Shown in pieces: positions 1 to 9,924 of a stretch of DNA of 64,000 nt. A model generated the notes under the pieces. That model was given only the letters and a program-made list of their open reading frames with translations, did not search any database and had not been told where the DNA came from. Positions within the stretch are counted from its first letter, which is position 1; every line of letters starts with the position of its first letter. The translations under genes were made by a program, and so were the position numbers. Location of the stretch: positions 664 through 64,663 of the forward strand of contig CAWJFA010000017.1 in the NCBI GenBank assembly GCA_963842075.1. Direction: 5' to 3'. The DNA is from an uncultured Acidobacteriota bacterium (lineage in GTDB: Bacteria; Acidobacteriota; Terriglobia; Terriglobales; Acidobacteriaceae).

Positions 1-2
1 GC

Positions 3-176
3 ACCTCGGACAAAATCTTCGGAGGAGGTTATGCAGACGATTGGATGGAAACAGAGTTCGGAGGCTTTGAGGCTAAGCATTGGGAACGATGTCAGTTGAA
101 AATGAACTTCATAGAGGCAAGCCCGCTACTTTCTGGCACGAATCCAAAACTGCGCATCTTCACCGAGCTGTTCTGA
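3..176 (+). CDS. 3' end of an unidentified ORF entering from the left edge (partial)
   Basis: Frame 3 is open from the window edge to TGA 174-176 (...GGGYADDWMETEFGGFEAKHWERCQLKMNFIEASPLLSGTNPKLRIFTELF*). No family recognised. GC visibly lower than the rest of the window. Confidence 0.2.
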   Translation, partial: TSDKIFGGGYADDWMETEFGGFEAKHWERCQLKMNFIEASPLLSGTNPKLRIFTELF

Positions 177-322
177 AAACATCAACGGTTGATGTAAACA
201 GGCGTGGGTGTTGAAAAAGTCACCGCGGGCGAGCGGACCCCGGCCAGGGTCAAAACCAGTTCTGGGGAGGGGGTGGGGGTGTAGGAATTTTCACGCGCCC
301 AATAGCTCTCCCCTTCCCCCGT

Positions 323-352
323 TTGACCCTTCTTTTCTCGCGCCTGTAAGAT
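323..352 (+). promoter_or_regulatory. candidate sigma70-type promoter upstream of valS
   Basis: TTGACC (323-328), 18-nt spacer, TAAGAT (347-352), about 125 nt before the valS ATG. Sequence match only. Confidence 0.2.
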
Positions 353-476
353 CAAACTTCATCGGCATCTGGACAAAGGTCCTGACCACAGAAGGCCCGC
401 CAGAAACACGATCTACCGTGATCCTCTGCGCTCCCTGTGTTTAAGCTTTTATCCACTGCTGACCGCAAATCACCCC

Positions 477-3326
477 ATGCCGCACGACCTGCCCAAATCC
501 TACGAACCCGCCGCGATTGAAACACGCTGGGCTGAATACTGGGTCAAAGAAAAACTTTTTTCCGTCCCCACTCCCCCGCCCGCCCGTCCCGGAGGACCGG
601 CCCGTCCCGTGTTCACGCTGCTGCTCCCGCCGCCCAACGTCACCGGCCGCCTGCACATGGGCCACATGCTCAACCAGACGCAGATGGATATCATCGTCCG
701 CTGGCATCGCATGCGCGGTTTCATCACGCTCTGGCTTCCCGGCACCGATCACGCCGGCATCGCAACCCAAATGATGGTCGAGCGCGACCTCGCCAAAGAA
801 GGCAAGAAACGCCGCGACCTCGGCCGCGAGAAATTCATCGAGCGCGTCTGGGAATGGAAAAAGCTCTACGGCGGCGCCATCCTCGACCAAATGAAGCGCC
901 TCGGCGCCTCCGTCGACTGGGACCGCGAATATTTCACCATGGACGAAAATCTTTCCCGCGCCGTGCGCGAGGTCTTCGTCCGCCTCTATGAAGAAGGCCT
1001 GATCTACCGCGGCAAGTACATCGTGAACTGGTGTCCGCGCTGCGAAACCGCCATCTCCGATCTCGAAGTGAAGCACGAAGAGGTCGCCGGAAAGTTGTGG
1101 GAGATTCGTTATCCCGTCGTAGGCACGACTGAGTTCATCACCGTCGCCACCACCCGCCCCGAGACAATGCTCGGCGATACCGCGATCGCGGTGAATGCGA
1201 AAGACCAGCGCTACAACCATCTGCACGGCAAAAAAGTTTTGCTGCCCCTGATGAATCGCGAGATTCCCATCATCATCGACGAACTCGCGCAACCCGAGTT
1301 CGGCACCGGCGCTGTAAAAGTCACACCCGCGCACGATCCCAACGATTTCCAGGCCGGCAAGCGCCACAATCTTCCGCAGATCGACGTGATGGACGAACAC
1401 GCGCACATGAATCAGAACGCCGGCCCCTACGCCGGTCTCGACCGCTACGAAGCGCGCAAGCGTGTCCTCGCCGATCTGCAGGAACAAGGCTTCTTAGTCG
1501 GCGAGAAAGATTACACTCTCGCCCTCGGCAAGTGCGACCGCTGTGGCACCGTGGTCGAGCCCCGATTGTCAGAGCAATGGTTCATCAAAATAAAACCCCT
1601 GGCGCAGAAGGCCATCGAGGCTGTCGAGAGCGGCGAGATCACGATTGTCCCGGATAATTACAAACAGATCTATCTCAACTGGATGAACAACATTTATGAC
1701 TGGTGCATCTCCCGCCAGTTGTGGTGGGGACATCGCATTCCCGCGTGGACCTGCGACCATTGCAAACATGTCATCGTCGCCCGCGAAGCTCCGCTGACCT
1801 GCTCGAAATGTAGCAGCGCGAACCTGCTGCAAGTTTCCGATGTACTCGATACCTGGTTCTCGTCCGGGCTGCTGCCATTCACAACCCTCGGCTGGCCCGA
1901 GAAAACGCGCGACCAGGCAGTCTTCTATCCGACCACGTTGCTCATCACCGCCTACGAAATCCTTTTCTTCTGGGTCGCCCGCATGATCATGTTCGGCTGC
2001 CATTTCATGGAGGGTCACCATCAAGATCCCGCGATCAAGAAAGCCAGCGGCTGGCTGGGCGGAAAAGATGGCGACAAGAGAGACGACAGCGTGCCCTTCC
2101 GCCAGGTTTACATCCATGCGCTGGTGCGCGATGCTGAACGGCAAAAGATGTCAAAGACAAAAGGCAACGTGATCGATCCGCTCGAGATCATCGAGCGCTT
2201 CGGTACCGATGCCACGCGCTTCACCCTCGCCGCCATGGCTGCTCCCGGCACCGACATCGCCTTCAACGAGAGCCGCACCGAAGGTTACCGCGCCTTCGCC
2301 AACAAAATCTGGAACGCCGCTAGATTCATGTTCATGAATGTAGACCGCCTCGGATTCACCTGGAAACAGCCGCCCTCGGCTCTCCTCAGCGAAGCCGAAA
2401 GCGCTCTCCATCCCGTAGAAAGTCCCCTCATTGCTCCGTCTGGCATCGCGGATTTCTCCCTCAGCACTCTCGAGGACCGCTGGATCCTCTCCCGCTTCAA
2501 TCGCGTGACAAAAGAGGTAAACGATGCCCTCACCACCTACCGCTTCCACGAAGCTGCCAACCGCATCTATGATTTCTTTTGGGGAGAGTTCTGCGACTGG
2601 TATATCGAGTTGATCAAGCCTCGCTTGAACGTCGACGAAGCTTCAGATAAGTCGCAGGCCCACATCGCATGCAGGAATCTGGTCAACCTGTTCGACGCGT
2701 CCCTGCGCCTGCTGCATCCAGTGATGCCCTTCATCACCGAAGAAATCTGGCAAGCGTTGTATGAGTCGAAGCCGCCACTGAAATCGATTGCCCTGTCCGC
2801 ATATCCGCAAGCCGACGAGAAGCAATTCGATCTAACCGCCGAAACCGAAATGGCAATCCTCCAGGATTTGATCGTAAACGTCAGGAATGTCCGGGCAGAA
2901 TTGAAGGTCGAGCCGAAAGTAAAGGTTCCTGTCGAAGTCTTCGCGCACGAACCTGGAATTAAAATCATGATTGACCAGAATCGCGGGGCCGTAGAGCGGC
3001 TCGCGAACGTGGAGAAGATCACGTTTGTCGGTGACTCTCTCGCCAAGCGTGCCGGAGTGCGCAGCACCGCCCGTTTCGATGTTCACGTAAGCTACGAGAG
3101 AAAGGTCGACGTGGCTGCCGAGTGCGAGCGTCTGAAGAAAGATCTTGAGAAACTTGAAAAAGAATTCGCAAACAATCAACGGCAGTTGAGCAACGGGCAG
3201 TTCCTGGCGAAAGCACCAGAGAAGGTAGTGGAAGGTTTGCGTAAGCGAGCTCAAGAATTGGTCGGGCTGATCGCGAAAATTAAAAGTCAGCAGGATGAGC
3301 TCCATTGTTCCAAAACTGACAGCTGA
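477..3326 (+). CDS. valS: valine--tRNA ligase
   Basis: 949 aa. Class I HIGH-type motif PPNVTGRLHMGH, KMSKS motif KMSKTKGN, large editing insertion, C-terminal coiled coil (KKDLEKLEKEFANNQRQL). Confidence 0.97.
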   Translation: MPHDLPKSYEPAAIETRWAEYWVKEKLFSVPTPPPARPGGPARPVFTLLLPPPNVTGRLHMGHMLNQTQMDIIVRWHRMRGFITLWLPGTDHAGIATQMMVERDLAKEGKKRRDLGREKFIERVWEWKKLYGGAILDQMKRLGASVDWDREYFTMDENLSRAVREVFVRLYEEGLIYRGKYIVNWCPRCETAISDLEVKHEEVAGKLWEIRYPVVGTTEFITVATTRPETMLGDTAIAVNAKDQRYNHLHGKKVLLPLMNREIPIIIDELAQPEFGTGAVKVTPAHDPNDFQAGKRHNLPQIDVMDEHAHMNQNAGPYAGLDRYEARKRVLADLQEQGFLVGEKDYTLALGKCDRCGTVVEPRLSEQWFIKIKPLAQKAIEAVESGEITIVPDNYKQIYLNWMNNIYDWCISRQLWWGHRIPAWTCDHCKHVIVAREAPLTCSKCSSANLLQVSDVLDTWFSSGLLPFTTLGWPEKTRDQAVFYPTTLLITAYEILFFWVARMIMFGCHFMEGHHQDPAIKKASGWLGGKDGDKRDDSVPFRQVYIHALVRDAERQKMSKTKGNVIDPLEIIERFGTDATRFTLAAMAAPGTDIAFNESRTEGYRAFANKIWNAARFMFMNVDRLGFTWKQPPSALLSEAESALHPVESPLIAPSGIADFSLSTLEDRWILSRFNRVTKEVNDALTTYRFHEAANRIYDFFWGEFCDWYIELIKPRLNVDEASDKSQAHIACRNLVNLFDASLRLLHPVMPFITEEIWQALYESKPPLKSIALSAYPQADEKQFDLTAETEMAILQDLIVNVRNVRAELKVEPKVKVPVEVFAHEPGIKIMIDQNRGAVERLANVEKITFVGDSLAKRAGVRSTARFDVHVSYERKVDVAAECERLKKDLEKLEKEFANNQRQLSNGQFLAKAPEKVVEGLRKRAQELVGLIAKIKSQQDELHCSKTDS

Positions 3327-3337
3327 CGCCTGCTCTT

Positions 3338-4216
3338 ATGGACTGGAATTCACGACGCATTACCGCAATCATCGAGAACGCGCTGCTCGAAGACCGGGCC
3401 ACGCGCGACGCCACCAGCTATGCCTGCATTGATCCCAACCAGCGCGCATCCGCCACCATTCTCGCCAAGCAGGATTGCATTCTGGCTGGCATCGGCTGCG
3501 TGGGCCGCATCCTCGATGTTTACGCCGCGCTCGACGGCGCCGTCACTTCGCACTACGAAGTCACCACGCATCCCGAAATTTTCGATGGCGTGCGCTTGCA
3601 TAAAGGACAATCGGTTGCAGTTATCCGGCACAATGCTCGCGTGATTTTATCGTGTGAGCGCGTGATCCTGAACTTTCTGCAGCGCATGAGCGGCATCGCC
3701 ACCCTGACTCGCAAGTTCGTGGATGCCGTCTCCGGCACCAAAACCCGCATCCTCGACACCCGCAAAACCGCTCCCGGCCTGCGCGTCATCGACAAGTACG
3801 CAGTCCGCTGCGGCGGCGGCCAAAATCATCGCCTCGATCTTTCCGACGGGGTGCTGATCAAGAACAATCACATCGCCCTCGCCGGCGGAATCGTGCCTGC
3901 CCTCGAACGCGCCGTACACAACCGCCGCGGCGCGCAAATCATTGAGGTTGAAGTGCGCACCTTCGAGGAATTCGAAACCGCGATTGCTCATGGCGCGGAA
4001 GCGATTCTGATGGATAACATGTCTCCCGAAGATGTGCGCCGTGCCGTCGAGCGCTGCGCCCAGCTTGACCCCCACATTCCTCTCGAATGCTCCGGCGGAA
4101 TCCGCCTCGAAAATGTTCGCGCCTACGCCGATACCGGTGTCGATTTCATTTCCATCGGCCTTCTTACCCACTCCCCTCAAGCCGCGGACATGAGCCTGAG
4201 AGTGGTCCCGGCGTAA
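3338..4216 (+). CDS. nadC: nicotinate-nucleotide diphosphorylase (quinolinate phosphoribosyltransferase)
   Basis: 292 aa. ERVILNFLQRMSGIAT and LDTRKTAPGLRVIDKYAVRCGGGQNHRLDLSDGVLIKNNH are typical QAPRTase blocks. Confidence 0.93.
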   Translation: MDWNSRRITAIIENALLEDRATRDATSYACIDPNQRASATILAKQDCILAGIGCVGRILDVYAALDGAVTSHYEVTTHPEIFDGVRLHKGQSVAVIRHNARVILSCERVILNFLQRMSGIATLTRKFVDAVSGTKTRILDTRKTAPGLRVIDKYAVRCGGGQNHRLDLSDGVLIKNNHIALAGGIVPALERAVHNRRGAQIIEVEVRTFEEFETAIAHGAEAILMDNMSPEDVRRAVERCAQLDPHIPLECSGGIRLENVRAYADTGVDFISIGLLTHSPQAADMSLRVVPA

Positions 4217-4270
4217 ATCAGAAAGTTTCTTAGTGAACTGAGTGCCCTTCGTCTTAAATGCTCTCAGTTT

Positions 4271-5371
4271 GTGCTTTCCCCTCGCATCCCGCATAATTCC
4301 GGCATCAAGAAAACGAAAACAACTCGTGTGGCGCCGGCCCGCTCGTCCGCGAAGGCTCGCCAATCTGCAACCCAGCCGACTGACCTCGGTCTGGGCCGCA
4401 TCGTCCGCCTGCTGATGGAGCACGCCACCGTAGTAGTAAGCGGAACCAAGATCGCGCAGGAGATTTCTTCCAATCGTTCCGAAGTCTGGCGATTGATCCA
4501 GCAATTGCGCGGTCTCGGCGTCGATGTGGCGGGCCACCCAGCAACCGGATACCGGCTCAGGTCGGTCCCCGATCTTTTGCTCCCCGAGATTTTGGCTCCG
4601 CTGTTGCGCGGCACAGTCTTCGACACTCGAATCCATCACTTCTACAAAATAGATTCAACCAACACGGCGGCCATGGCGGCTGCAGCCGCCGGCGCCCCCG
4701 AGGGCAGCGTTTTTCTTGCTGAAGAACAAACAGCGGGCCGTGGCCGCGGCGCCCATTCCTGGGAGTCCGCTCGCTCGGCGGGCATCTACTGCTCGGTGAT
4801 CTTGCGCCCGGCGCTCGCTCCGTCTGAGGTGTTAGTTCTGGCTCTGGCAGCTGGCCTCGCAGTGCGTGCCGTGATTGAGCAAATTGACCCCCACTTGCAA
4901 CTCGATCTGAAATGGCCCAACGATGTGCTCATCGAAGGCAAAAAGGTCTGCGGCATTCTTGCCGAGATGAACGCTGAAGCCACGCGGGTGCGCTATATCG
5001 TCGTGGGAATCGGCGTCAATGTGAACCAGACGAACTTTCCCGAAGAATTGGAGGCGACGTCGCTACGCCTGGCCTCCGGCAGTGTATGGTCACGAGTAGA
5101 ACTGACCGCGGCTTTGCTAAAATCGCTGGACCGGGAATATCGTCGATTGCTCGAACAGCCGGACGCGCGCCAGTCGATTCTCCGCCGCTTCACCGAGCAG
5201 TCGTCCTGGACGCGAGGAAAACAGGTCCGCGTACAAGACTACGGCTCCGCCATCGAAGGAACGACCGAAGGATTAGATGATCGCGGCTTCCTGCGAGTGC
5301 GGACCTCTCAAGGATTGCAGACAATCTTGAGTGGCACCGTGAGAGAGATGAAAGAAGCAGTTAGCAACTAG
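4271..5371 (+). CDS. birA: bifunctional biotin--[acetyl-CoA-carboxylase] ligase / biotin operon repressor
   Basis: N-terminal HTH (SGTKIAQEISSNRSEVWRLIQQLRGLG). BPL motifs AEEQTAGRGRGAHSWES and KWPNDVLIEGKKVCGILAE. Start uncertain (GTG 4271 or in-frame GTG 4328). Confidence 0.9.
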   Translation: MLSPRIPHNSGIKKTKTTRVAPARSSAKARQSATQPTDLGLGRIVRLLMEHATVVVSGTKIAQEISSNRSEVWRLIQQLRGLGVDVAGHPATGYRLRSVPDLLLPEILAPLLRGTVFDTRIHHFYKIDSTNTAAMAAAAAGAPEGSVFLAEEQTAGRGRGAHSWESARSAGIYCSVILRPALAPSEVLVLALAAGLAVRAVIEQIDPHLQLDLKWPNDVLIEGKKVCGILAEMNAEATRVRYIVVGIGVNVNQTNFPEELEATSLRLASGSVWSRVELTAALLKSLDREYRRLLEQPDARQSILRRFTEQSSWTRGKQVRVQDYGSAIEGTTEGLDDRGFLRVRTSQGLQTILSGTVREMKEAVSN

Positions 5372-5458
5372 CAACCAGCAATCAACACTCCGCAGGGCCG
5401 AATGCTGAATGTGAATGGCAAACTGCCAACTGCTAATTGCTAATTGCTAACAGTTAGC
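5362..5458 (+). repeat. two inverted blocks of heptamer repeats flanking the birA stop
   Basis: Block 1 (5362-5386) is TAGCAAC TAGCAAC CAGCAAT CAAC. Block 2 (5424-5458) is TGCCAAC TGCTAAT TGCTAAT TGCTAAC AGTTAGC. The blocks are roughly reverse-complementary. Confidence 0.85.
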
Positions 5459-5471
5459 TTCACCCACAACC

Positions 5472-6377
5472 ATGCTCCTCGTTCTCGATGTCGGCAACAC
5501 CAACACCGTTCTCGGAGTCTTCGACGCCGCGGCGAATGCTTCCCCCGGAGACGGAGACGCCGCCCCGCGCTATGAACGCCTGGTCGCCAACTGGCGTGTT
5601 GCGACTCGGCAGGGCAGCACGGTTGATGAGTACGGCGTCCTGTTCCGCAATTTATTTTCGATGGCTAGTCTGCAGGCGTCGGGAATTCACGGCATTGTGA
5701 TTTCATCCGTCGTGCCTCCGCTCGATCCCGTGCTGCGGCAGGTTTGCGAGCGCTACTTCAATACCAAACCGCTGTTGATCGAGCCCGGCGTGAAAACCGG
5801 AATGCCAGTGCATTATGACAATCCCGCCGAAGTGGGCGCCGACCGCATTGTGAACGCCGTGGCTGCGTTCGAAAAATACGGCGGCCCATGTGTCATTGTG
5901 GACTTCGGCACCGCCACCACCTTCGACTGCGTTTCCGCGAAAGGTGAATATCTTGGCGGCGTGATTTGTCCCGGCATCGGAATCTCTGCCGACGCGTTGT
6001 TTCAGCGCACCGCGCGCCTGCCGCGAGTCGAGATCCGCAAGCCCGCCCGCGTCATCGGTACCAACACGGTCGGCAGCCTGCAATCCGGCCTTTACTACGG
6101 ATATCTCGGCCTGGTCGATGGCATTCTCGAACTCTTACTCGGCGAACTGGGAAAAGAGACCAAGGTGGTCGCTACCGGCGGCCTCGGGCCGATGATCGGT
6201 ACCGGATCGAAGTACATTAAGAATGTGGACGATTTTCTAACCCTCGAGGGCTTGCGCATCATCTGGGAGCGAAATCTATTGGCGCGGCCGGGACTCATCA
6301 CTAACCCCGCGCAAACTTCCACCAAAGCGAAAAACGGCGGCCAGCGTGCTCCTTCTGCCCCGCGTTCTCCCCGCTGA
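5472..6377 (+). CDS. coaX: type III pantothenate kinase
   Basis: MLLVLDVGNTNTVLGVF, GADRIVNAVAA and VIVDFGTATTFD (ASKHA fold, CoaX signature). Has a ~40-aa P/S/R-rich C-terminal tail. Confidence 0.93.
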   Translation: MLLVLDVGNTNTVLGVFDAAANASPGDGDAAPRYERLVANWRVATRQGSTVDEYGVLFRNLFSMASLQASGIHGIVISSVVPPLDPVLRQVCERYFNTKPLLIEPGVKTGMPVHYDNPAEVGADRIVNAVAAFEKYGGPCVIVDFGTATTFDCVSAKGEYLGGVICPGIGISADALFQRTARLPRVEIRKPARVIGTNTVGSLQSGLYYGYLGLVDGILELLLGELGKETKVVATGGLGPMIGTGSKYIKNVDDFLTLEGLRIIWERNLLARPGLITNPAQTSTKAKNGGQRAPSAPRSPR

Positions 6378-6383
6378 ACCTAC

Positions 6384-7142
6384 GTGCCCGATCAACCCAA
6401 TCACGCCCAACCCAATCACGATCAACTCAATTACTTCAACTACTTCACCGAAATTGAGGAGCAATTCTTGCGCCGGCGCGGCGGCGGCCTGCTGCTCACC
6501 ACACTCGACTGGGCTCTGATCGAGACCTGGAAGGACGCGGGCATTCCCCTCGAAGCCGCGTTGCGCGGAATCGACGCTGCCTTTGACCGCTACCATCAGC
6601 GTCCCTCGAAAACCAAAAAGGTAAACAGCCTCGCCTATTGTTCACAGGAGGTTCTTTCCGCGGCCGAAGACATGAAAGAAGCCGCCGTGGGTACCGCCTC
6701 CGCGTCGGCGCCGTCGACCAAATCGGCCGCAGGACAGGGGTTTGAGCCAGAGACGATCGCCACCTTCCTGCGCCGCAATGCCCATCTCCTCGACGCGGCA
6801 AAGCTCCCAACGAGTGCCGGAATTTCCGTTCATGCCGTTGCCAAAGATTCAGCCGCCACCCTGCGGAATCTGGCGCTGGAAATCGAGAGCCAGAAAGTAT
6901 TCTCAAAACTGGAAAACCTGGAGCGCCGCCTCACCGTTCTCGAAGAAAAACTTTTTGCCGCACTACTCGCCGCCACTCCCGACGAAGAAATTGTAGCGGT
7001 CCGCGCCCAGGCCGACAATGAACTGTCGCCTTACCGCCGCAAAATGTCAGCCCCGCAAATCGAGCAATTGCAAAAACAATACGTCCATAAACGCCTTCTC
7101 GAAAAATACGGCCTGCCGCGGCTGAGCCTGTTTTACATGTAG
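6384..7142 (+). CDS. conserved-looking hypothetical protein
   Basis: 252-aa ORF with GTG start 7 nt after coaX. GC3-rich codons. N-terminal block YFTEIEEQFLRRRGGGLLLTTLDWALIETWKDAGIPLEAALRGID. No family recognised. Confidence 0.5.
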   Translation: MPDQPNHAQPNHDQLNYFNYFTEIEEQFLRRRGGGLLLTTLDWALIETWKDAGIPLEAALRGIDAAFDRYHQRPSKTKKVNSLAYCSQEVLSAAEDMKEAAVGTASASAPSTKSAAGQGFEPETIATFLRRNAHLLDAAKLPTSAGISVHAVAKDSAATLRNLALEIESQKVFSKLENLERRLTVLEEKLFAALLAATPDEEIVAVRAQADNELSPYRRKMSAPQIEQLQKQYVHKRLLEKYGLPRLSLFYM

Positions 7143-7160
7143 CGCATCGGTTATCGATTC

Positions 7161-8327
7161 ATGACCCAATCTTTCGATGCACTCATCCTCGGCGGCGGCG
7201 CGGCAGGACTGATGTGCGCCATCGAAGCCGGCAAGCGCGGCCGCCGCGTCGCCCTCCTCGAACTCGCCGACCGTCTCGGCAAGAAAATTCTCATCTCCGG
7301 CGGCGGACGCTGCAATTTCACCAACCTTCATTGCCAGCCGGAAAACTTTCTCTCCTCCAATCCCCACTTTGCCAAGTCAGCATTGGCTCGTTATACGCCA
7401 GCGGATTTCATCGCCCTCGTCGAAAAGCACGGCATCCCCTATCACGAAAAAACTCTGGGCCAGCTTTTCTGCGACCGTTCCGCGCGCGACATCCTGAATA
7501 TGCTCGAAGCCGAATCCCGCAACGCCGGAGTGTCCATCTTCCTCAACACGAAGATCCAAACGGTCGAGCACAAAACTGAGTTCATTGTGCGCGCCTCCAA
7601 TGCAGAGTTTCGCGCCGCAGCCCTGGTCGTTGCCACCGGAGGCCTTTCCATCCCGAAAATCGGCGCGACCTCATTCGGCTACGATCTCGCCCGGCAATTC
7701 GGCCTCGCCATCCGCGACCCCTGGCCTGGCCTCGTTCCGCTGCTGCTCAGCCCAGAGGATTGTTCGCGCTATTGCGATCTTGCCGGAGTCGCCGCCGAGA
7801 TAATTGCATCCTGTGGCGGCGAACAATTCCGCGAGAGGATGCTGATCACGCATCGCGGCCTCAGCGGCCCGGCGATCCTGCAGATTTCCTCCTACTGGAA
7901 AAAGCCGCAGCCCATCCTGATCGATCTCGCTCCCGAACGCGAAGTCACTGCCGCCTTTCGTGATCCCGCAACGCCCGGAAATTTGCCTGCCCTGCGCGCC
8001 GAGTTGCGAAAATTCCTCCCTCATCGCCTCTCCGATCGCTGGCTCGATTTTCACGCTCCAACTTCGTGGACGAACCACGCCCTCGCTGACTTCGAAAAAC
8101 AATTTCATGCCTGGCCCATCTCCCCCGCCAGCACAGAAGGCTTCGACAAAGCCGAAGTCACCGCCGGCGGCGTCGACACCAGCGAACTTTCCGCCAAAAC
8201 AATGGAGAGCCGCAAAGTCCCCGGCCTGTTCTTCATCGGCGAAGTCGTAGACGTGACCGGCCATCTCGGCGGTTTCAACTTCCAGTGGGCCTGGGCCTCC
8301 GGTGCTGCCGCCGGACGAGCGCTCTGA
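7161..8327 (+). CDS. NAD(P)/FAD-dependent oxidoreductase, HI0933/YhiN (BaiN-like) family
   Basis: 388 aa. Dinucleotide-binding N-terminus DALILGGGAAGLMCAIEAGKRG, then KILISGGGRCNFTN, C-terminal FFIGEVVDVTGHLGGFNFQWAWASG. Confidence 0.85.
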   Translation: MTQSFDALILGGGAAGLMCAIEAGKRGRRVALLELADRLGKKILISGGGRCNFTNLHCQPENFLSSNPHFAKSALARYTPADFIALVEKHGIPYHEKTLGQLFCDRSARDILNMLEAESRNAGVSIFLNTKIQTVEHKTEFIVRASNAEFRAAALVVATGGLSIPKIGATSFGYDLARQFGLAIRDPWPGLVPLLLSPEDCSRYCDLAGVAAEIIASCGGEQFRERMLITHRGLSGPAILQISSYWKKPQPILIDLAPEREVTAAFRDPATPGNLPALRAELRKFLPHRLSDRWLDFHAPTSWTNHALADFEKQFHAWPISPASTEGFDKAEVTAGGVDTSELSAKTMESRKVPGLFFIGEVVDVTGHLGGFNFQWAWASGAAAGRAL

Positions 8328-8347
8328 CCATGCCGTAGAATTAACTC

Positions 8348-9790
8348 TTGCTCCTAAACATCGAAAAGCTCATCTACGGCGGCGACGGACTCGCTCGCCT
8401 TCCCGCCGGCTCGCCCGGCAATGCCGGCTCGCCCGACAATAAAGACCGCGGACGCGGCAAAGCCGTCTTCGTCCCCTTCGTTCTTGCCGGAGAAAAAATC
8501 GAGGCCACTCTCACCGAAGAAAAGCCCGGCTTCGCCCGCGCGAGGGCCGACACAATAGTAGAGCCTTCGCCGTACCGCGTCCCGCCGCCGTGCCCGCACT
8601 TCGGCCGCTGCGGCGGATGCCACTACCAGCACGCCACCTACGACCACCAACTCGAGATCAAAAAAGAAATCCTGCGCGAGAACCTGCGCCGCATCGCCAA
8701 ACTCGAACTGCAGTGCGAAATCCAGCTGCATCCTTCGCCTCCGTGGAATTACCGCAACCGCTCGCGCTTGCAGGTGCGGACTCAGCCCAACTTCGCCGCC
8801 GGATACTTCAAGTTCGCATCCCACGAACTTCTGCCCGTCGAAGAATGTCCCATCAGCTCGCCGCTCATCAACCGCGGTATCGCGGCCCTGTGGCTAGCGG
8901 GACGGGCAGGCAACATTGTCGAAGGCGTTCGCGAAGTTGAGTTCTTCGCAGCCGCCGATGCCGACAAAAATGAAACTCGCCTGCTGATCGAAGTCCTCTG
9001 CGCTCCTGAAGCTCGACGCGCCGCCGTGCGAGCCTGGGCTGAAGATTTCTGCGCCGCTATGCCTGAGATTGCAGGAGTGGTTGCCTTCCGCGAGCCTCAG
9101 AAAGGCGTGCTGGAACCGCTCGTCGCTGTGGGCGCCTCGGAGTTGACCTATCACACCCGCACTGCGGCCTTCCGCGTGAGCGCCGGATCGTTTTTCCAGA
9201 CCAATCGATTTCTCACCGACGAGCTAATTAACATCGTCACCGCCGGGCGCTCCGGCGAACTGGCGCTCGATCTCTACGCTGGTGTGGGACTGTTTTCCAC
9301 AGCCCTGGCCTGTAACTTCCGTCACGTAATTGCTGTCGAGTCGTCACAGACAGCCGCCGAAGATCTTAAATACAATCTCCCCACTAACGGACAGGCGGTT
9401 CGCTCCGCGACCGAGCAATACTTGCACGCCGCTGATGCTGGTTCAGTTCATGCAGGTTCGGCTCGTGCGGGCGCGGGCGATTGGCCCACGCAGTCGCGCA
9501 GCGAAACGGAAAGGGCGCGGGTCGGGACGGGCGTACTCCCCCAGAAGGGCCTTCATAAGCCCGACCTCATTGTCATAGACCCGCCCCGAGGCGGTCTGGG
9601 AGATCGCGTGACGCGTGCGCTTGCGAGTGCGGATGCGCCACGCGTCACCTATGTGTCGTGCGATCCCGCGACCTTGGCCCGCGATCTCGTGCCGCTGCAA
9701 GCGGCCGGCTATTGCGTCGAGGCGGCACATTTAATCGACTTGTTTCCTCAGACCTACCACCTCGAGACCGTCGTACATTTAGTGCGCTGA
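8348..9790 (+). CDS. 23S rRNA (uracil-5-)-methyltransferase, RlmD/RumA family
   Basis: TTG start. TRAM-like N-terminus, Fe-S Cys cluster CPHFGRCGGCHYQH, SAM-MTase core (LDLYAGVGLFS, IDPPRGG, YVSCDPATLARD). Carries a ~45-aa low-complexity insertion before the DPPR motif. Confidence 0.85.
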   Translation: MLLNIEKLIYGGDGLARLPAGSPGNAGSPDNKDRGRGKAVFVPFVLAGEKIEATLTEEKPGFARARADTIVEPSPYRVPPPCPHFGRCGGCHYQHATYDHQLEIKKEILRENLRRIAKLELQCEIQLHPSPPWNYRNRSRLQVRTQPNFAAGYFKFASHELLPVEECPISSPLINRGIAALWLAGRAGNIVEGVREVEFFAAADADKNETRLLIEVLCAPEARRAAVRAWAEDFCAAMPEIAGVVAFREPQKGVLEPLVAVGASELTYHTRTAAFRVSAGSFFQTNRFLTDELINIVTAGRSGELALDLYAGVGLFSTALACNFRHVIAVESSQTAAEDLKYNLPTNGQAVRSATEQYLHAADAGSVHAGSARAGAGDWPTQSRSETERARVGTGVLPQKGLHKPDLIVIDPPRGGLGDRVTRALASADAPRVTYVSCDPATLARDLVPLQAAGYCVEAAHLIDLFPQTYHLETVVHLVR

Positions 9791-9835
9791 CTCTGAGATT
9801 GCGCTGACCCAAAGACTGCGCTGACAATGCGCTGA
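9784..9835 (+). repeat. four GCGCTGA units spaced 17/17/11 nt, starting at the rlmD-like stop
   Basis: GCGCTGA at 9784, 9801, 9818 and 9829. The TGAs fall in frames 2, 1, 0, 2. Confidence 0.85.
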
Positions 9836-9924
9836 GGAAAACTGATTCTTCGCGTGGACTCCGATTTCGAACGGCGCAACGCGTCCATCGCTGCGATAGG
9901 TTGCAACCCACGCCAGGCCACTGA

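Noticed and set aside
441-1487. 348-aa minus-strand ORF opposite valS
   Set aside because: It is fully antisense to a gene with unambiguous ValRS motifs. It has the G/A/V/D-rich composition typical of shadow frames in GC-rich DNA and no recognisable domain.
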